Shown one piece after another: positions 59,420-64,000 of a stretch of DNA of 64,000 nucleotides. The first letter of the stretch is position 1. Each line of letters opens with the position of its first letter. Origin of the DNA: Nymphaea colorata (taxonomy: Eukaryota); contig NC_045138.2 of the NCBI RefSeq assembly GCF_008831285.2, positions 5,332,001 through 5,396,000 of the forward strand. The letters are read 5' to 3'. A model generated the notes under the pieces. The model made no database searches. It had not been told where the DNA came from and saw only the letters and a program-made list of their open reading frames with translations. The position numbers were made by a program, and so were the translations under genes.

Positions 59420-60209
59420 CAGTTCGATGATCAACCGTTCCCAACGCTTTTATCAGTGGTAATCAATCCACAGGCTATGCTTATTTTTGATGCATTTTAT
59501 TTTGGCTTAAACATCTTTTTTTTTTTTATTCTAAACACGGTGTTGTGTTTGAGAAAATGTTGAAGATTTGATGTTTCAAACTTTTGATAAGGTTTTTAAA
59601 GAATCACTTGAGAATGTAAAACATTTTGATTTAAGAAGGACTCAAATTGAGAAACATTGACAGATACAATTTGGAAAGCTTGAAAAATCATTTGAAGTGG
59701 ATTTAGTGTTCCCTTAAGACTTTAAGTAGGTTTGAGGTTTTGCTCTAATTTAGTTACTATCTAGTTACAGCTCCATTTCGTCTTGATTATTTTCTTTTAG
59801 AGAGGTACTTATGACCATAAGTGATGTTAAATGGGTTTGAATGCTTGAATGCATTGGTCCTACATGATTCAAAGAGAATAATTCATTCATACCATAATAT
59901 TCATCTAAAAACATTCTTACCACCATACACATAAGATTTTTGTTTTTATAATTGTCAAAAATATTTTTATGAAGAAAGAAAAGTTTTTGAAAATCAAATG
60001 GGGTTGTAAACAATAAAAGATGAATCCAATATTGGGTCATTACTTGAGTTTTAGTCTTGGTGAAGTTGACAAAGAAGAAGATCTTGGGAGAAAAATACTC
60101 AAGAGAATGAAAAAGAGGAAAGATTTGAATGTAAGAGGAATGTAGAGAAAAAGAGAGAGAAGGAGATTTTGAAAACCACAAAACAAATGATTTAAAAGAG
60201 AGAAAGATA

Positions 60210-60293
<84 letters not shown>

Positions 60294-62030
60294 CACACAC
60301 ACACACACGTATACAAAAGCTTGTGAAAAAGAAGTTTAAATCGAATAGAGACAGGAAGGAGATTTTAGAAGGAAAGAGAGAGAGAAAGAGAGATTTTAAA
60401 GAGAAAGTGAAAAAGAAAAAATGGAACACACATACATGCATTAATTTATATATGTATGTGCATAAGAATTTGGAAAAGAACATGTTAAATCATAAAGAGA
60501 AAAAAACAAAGAAAGACACTCATGTACACGTATACATATATAACATGTCTACGTATATGCTTTCATGATAATGAAATCAAGAGATGATTTAATGATATCC
60601 GACTTCGACTTTTTATGTAGGCCAGAGAGGAACTTAGACTCATGTAAGAGCCTAAGCTAAGTCTCCAAAGCCGCATTAAAGAAGGTATTTGCTTTTGAAA
60701 ATCTTTTGGAAAACTTGATTACAAATATGAACATAAAACCATAATCATTTCATTTTCCACAAGGAAATATATTTATCCCACCATTGGGAATGGGTGAAAG
60801 TCAAATATTTATGGAATGAAAAACAATATAATAAAACACCCAATGGGGTTCCTAATCGAATGATTAAGAAAGAAACTAAACGTGAGAGTGATATGATGAT
60901 GCATATTAACATGTACATATTCGTGAATGAATTCACCAGGTTGGACAAATCCCAACCTCAAAATCAACATAAGAATGAAGAAAATCACAACCCAAACATT
61001 CATTTTCCTTGTGCATTTGCTCATTTCTTTTAACGTAAAAATGATTTGAAAATGCATATTAATATGCACATATTCGGGAAGGTTTTCCTGGGTTGGACAA
61101 GTCCCAACCTCAAAATCAATATAAGAATGAAGAAAATCTCAACCCAAGCACTCATTCTCACCACACATTTGCTCCTTAATTAAGAAAAAGTTAGAACATC
61201 AAGCATGAGCATCATTTCAAGCATAAATGATGAGTAGAGCAACATAACAAGAATATTTTTTGAAAATAGATGAAGAAATAAAATTTATTTCGCCTTGCTC
61301 AAACCCCCAGTGAACTTAAGATGTAGCTTTGGATTCCACATAGGAAATCATTTGGGCTTTCTTGCCCGGCCATGGGGAGGTGGCAAGAGGAAATGAAAAA
61401 AAATGAAAGAAGATTACATACCTTGTATATAGATGATATTAGAAATGAACCTTTTCCTTTGAATGATTATAAGGTTGCCTCGGATGAAGCTCCAAGATGA
61501 TGAAAATGTCCCTCCAAGAGATGCCCTTGTGCTTCTCTTGAAGAGTTTGGGCTTGGTGAAGATTGCTCCCAAGGTTGGAGAATAAGAAAGAAATGGAAAT
61601 AGATAGCTAAGGGACAATTAAAAACTTCAAGTGAGCAAGCATGAGAGATTCTTCCATTGTTGACTCATGCCCAAGAGAGAAGATTGTGGGGGTATTTATA
61701 AAGAGTTTTGGAGTTAAAATTCAAAATTTGAATTCAAGAATGAAAAATTTTGGATCCAAAATTCAAAAATTGAATTCAATACGAAAGGATTTTGAAATTC
61801 TCGATTTGAATCTAAACTTGGATTTCAGATCTAATTCGGATATATTAATTGGATTTTGGATTTGAATCTCGCGTCTAAGGTTGGGTTTTGAATTTGAATT
61901 TTGTGTTTGGGTTGGACAATGAGTTAGAAATTCATTTTGGATCGAATAGTCGCGAACTTGTTCTAGGTTTAGGATTTAAATCTAAATAATAAAATAATAT
62001 TTTTTTTTTGAAAAATTTGGGGTGATAACA
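59420..62030 (-). mobile_element. Near-complete LTR of the same Gypsy family, inverted
   Basis: Minus strand begins TGTTATCACCCCAAATTTTTC (compare 49897). Blocks are reverse-complementary to 53.8-56.1 kb, e.g. 60600-60680 versus 55000-55080. Confidence 0.82.
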
Positions 62031-62560
62031 AGTATGTTATTAGAAGGATGTTGTAATCGCCAATGCTACAGTCTGGCCTCCCCCATATGAGTAGCAGCAG
62101 CTAACACAGTGAGAGAACTTATTTGCAAGCAGTACAGATTATTTTGCAGACTTCCTTCACCAATTTTCGTCAAATTGGTGCAATCCAACAGTAATGTTTT
62201 CTCCTTTGTGAATATCACATAGCAGTTTAGAACTTTAGTTAAGCATTTAGCTGACATTAAGTTGATAGATAGTTGTGGGACATACAAAATGTTTTCAATC
62301 ACACGATTGCATGACAAACATATTTTTCCAATTTCTTCCACCGGAACTAAGGAAAAATCAACAATACTAATAGGCATATGCATGCAATTTTTAACATCTA
62401 CTAGTTGATATATGCCAGCAGTCATGTACTTAGTAGCTCAACTATCTAATATACAAGTATCATATTTTGAGAGGGCAAATGTAAGACTTTTGATTGTGAG
62501 TACTACATGAGTTACCAACGCCATTACTTGTTTCTAATGTGACTGCCAAATTTGACCTGG
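62031..62560 (-). mobile_element. Copia remnant (protease / pre-integrase region)
   Basis: CILDS*ATKYMT...IENILYVPQLSINLMS...IGEG...NLYCL; same strand as the 58440-58945 RT remnant. Confidence 0.75.
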
Positions 62561-64000
62561 TCATCTGATGCAGAGCCTTTGTATGGCCATTGTTCATATA
62601 CTTGTAGTTAACTTGAAGCTAAGTTGTGAAATTAACTAAATTACGCCTTAGTTTTGCTACAAACCAAAATAAGGCAGAATCATTGTCGACTCTTCCGTTT
62701 TATCATGCAGTCCTCTGCCAACAAGTTTAAAAGAAGGTCTCAAGTTAAACCATGACATGCAGGAATACACAACAGTTACACATTTTCTCCTTACATTAAA
62801 AAACTTCTTCACTTTTTACAAAGGACACCTGTGCTCATTTTTCTTTACACTGTAATTGCTAACATCTCAGGTAGAACTAAAGCATGATGGCTGTAAAAAA
62901 ATGGGAACTAGATTTTATGCAGGAATGATTTGCGTGTATGCCTTTATTTGCAAATTAAGTAAAATCCAAATCCAACTTAAGATATTCAGAGTATGGCTCG
63001 CTCCTGATGTAAAAGTTTTCTGCAAATTGTCCTCTCCAATTAACCTTGTTCATACTCTATGAACAAGATACTCATTTTCATTTTTCTAATTATTGCGAAC
63101 ATTTTAGCTAGAAGAGAAGGGCAATGCATAGTGAAACTTTGCCTTTACTTGTCAGTTATTGAAATCAAAATCCATATTAGAAAAGATTGAAACTGAATCA
63201 ATCACCTTCATTGGAATTGGATCTCTTAATTATCATTTTGATTCTTAGTGCCTCTATGTGCTTATGAAATTTGAAGATTGACTTCTTTTTGACGGCCATA
63301 GCCCAACCAATTCTACCAAATCTTCATAAAGTTATTATTTAGCAAAAAACAGGTAACAATCCATCATTTTCTTATTTAATAAAGAAAATCAAGAGTATAA
63401 AATTAACAAAAGTTACAATGCTGCCACTGGCGAGTAAAGTTTAAGATTTTATCGCTAAAAACAATCAGAAAATTAGGATCAGCCACAGTTTACTATGTGC
63501 TGATGGTTTATGGTGGAGTTAACAATAATCTACGATCATTTTAATGATAAATTTTTTGTATTTTGATCATATCCAAAACACAACAACATTTATTTTTCAT
63601 ACTCAAACACACACATACACACGCACAAAAACTCTTGAGCTCTTTAGTAATTTACATTCTAGTTTATTAGTCATTTACAATGTGGAATCACGACTGGATT
63701 TAGAGCACTATTACCATGTCTTTTAATTTAATTATATCCATTAACTTACCGATGTTGACGTAAGAGAATGATGTCTTCATATATGTGAGAGGACTTTAGT
63801 TATGTGTAACACTCGACTCTTTTTGCAGGTGGCCGGATCGGATCCAGACCTGGACACTAACCCACCCGCGTGTGAGCCCGACGCGAGGGAGTTCTTCTCC
63901 CTCGTCTCCCTCTTCGTTCCTTCCTCTGTGGCATCACCAGTAAAAACAGGAGGCGGGAGGAACAGCCGACGGCGGAGGGTGTGGTTGGGGCGACCTCTGG

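Noticed and set aside
49897..62030. A single giant TIR element bounded by TGTAATCACCCC...GGGGTGATAACA
   Set aside because: The ends are the 5' termini of two oppositely oriented LTRs of one family; the flanks (CAAAG versus AGTAT) give no TSD.
63800..64000. GC-rich segment at the right edge (possible LTR start or gene 5' end)
   Set aside because: Truncated by the window edge; cannot be classified.

Overview
Plant nuclear DNA: AT-rich, with spliceosomal introns and hAT, Copia, Tat-type Gypsy and tRNA-SINE elements. The species cannot be fixed from the sequence alone. The left two-thirds hold one minus-strand gene, the second-largest subunit of RNA polymerase I (NRPA2/RPA2/RPA135 family). I reconstructed 24 in-phase coding exons by hand from ATG 38866 down to 1395 (2643 nt, 881 codons, no internal stop). 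The 3' end of the gene runs off the left edge. Its first coding intron is a 95-nt U12-type AT-AC intron, and candidate 5'-UTR exons and a promoter lie at about 43.4-44.3 kb. The large introns are filled with nested transposons, many with readable TIRs/LTRs and target-site duplications (TSDs). These include a non-autonomous hAT-type element carrying a cyclin-A3-like exon fragment, two related elements inserted at the equivalent base of a tandem repeat, a tailless tRNA-derived SINE with a 20-bp TSD, and a 765-bp internally deleted Copia. The right third is intergenic: a decayed Tat/Ogre-type Gypsy (RT-RH-aRH-INT), tail-to-tail inverted LTR copies and Copia remnants. I see no prokaryote-type system, CRISPR array, rRNA or intact tRNA. 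All coordinates were read by eye and no database searches were run.
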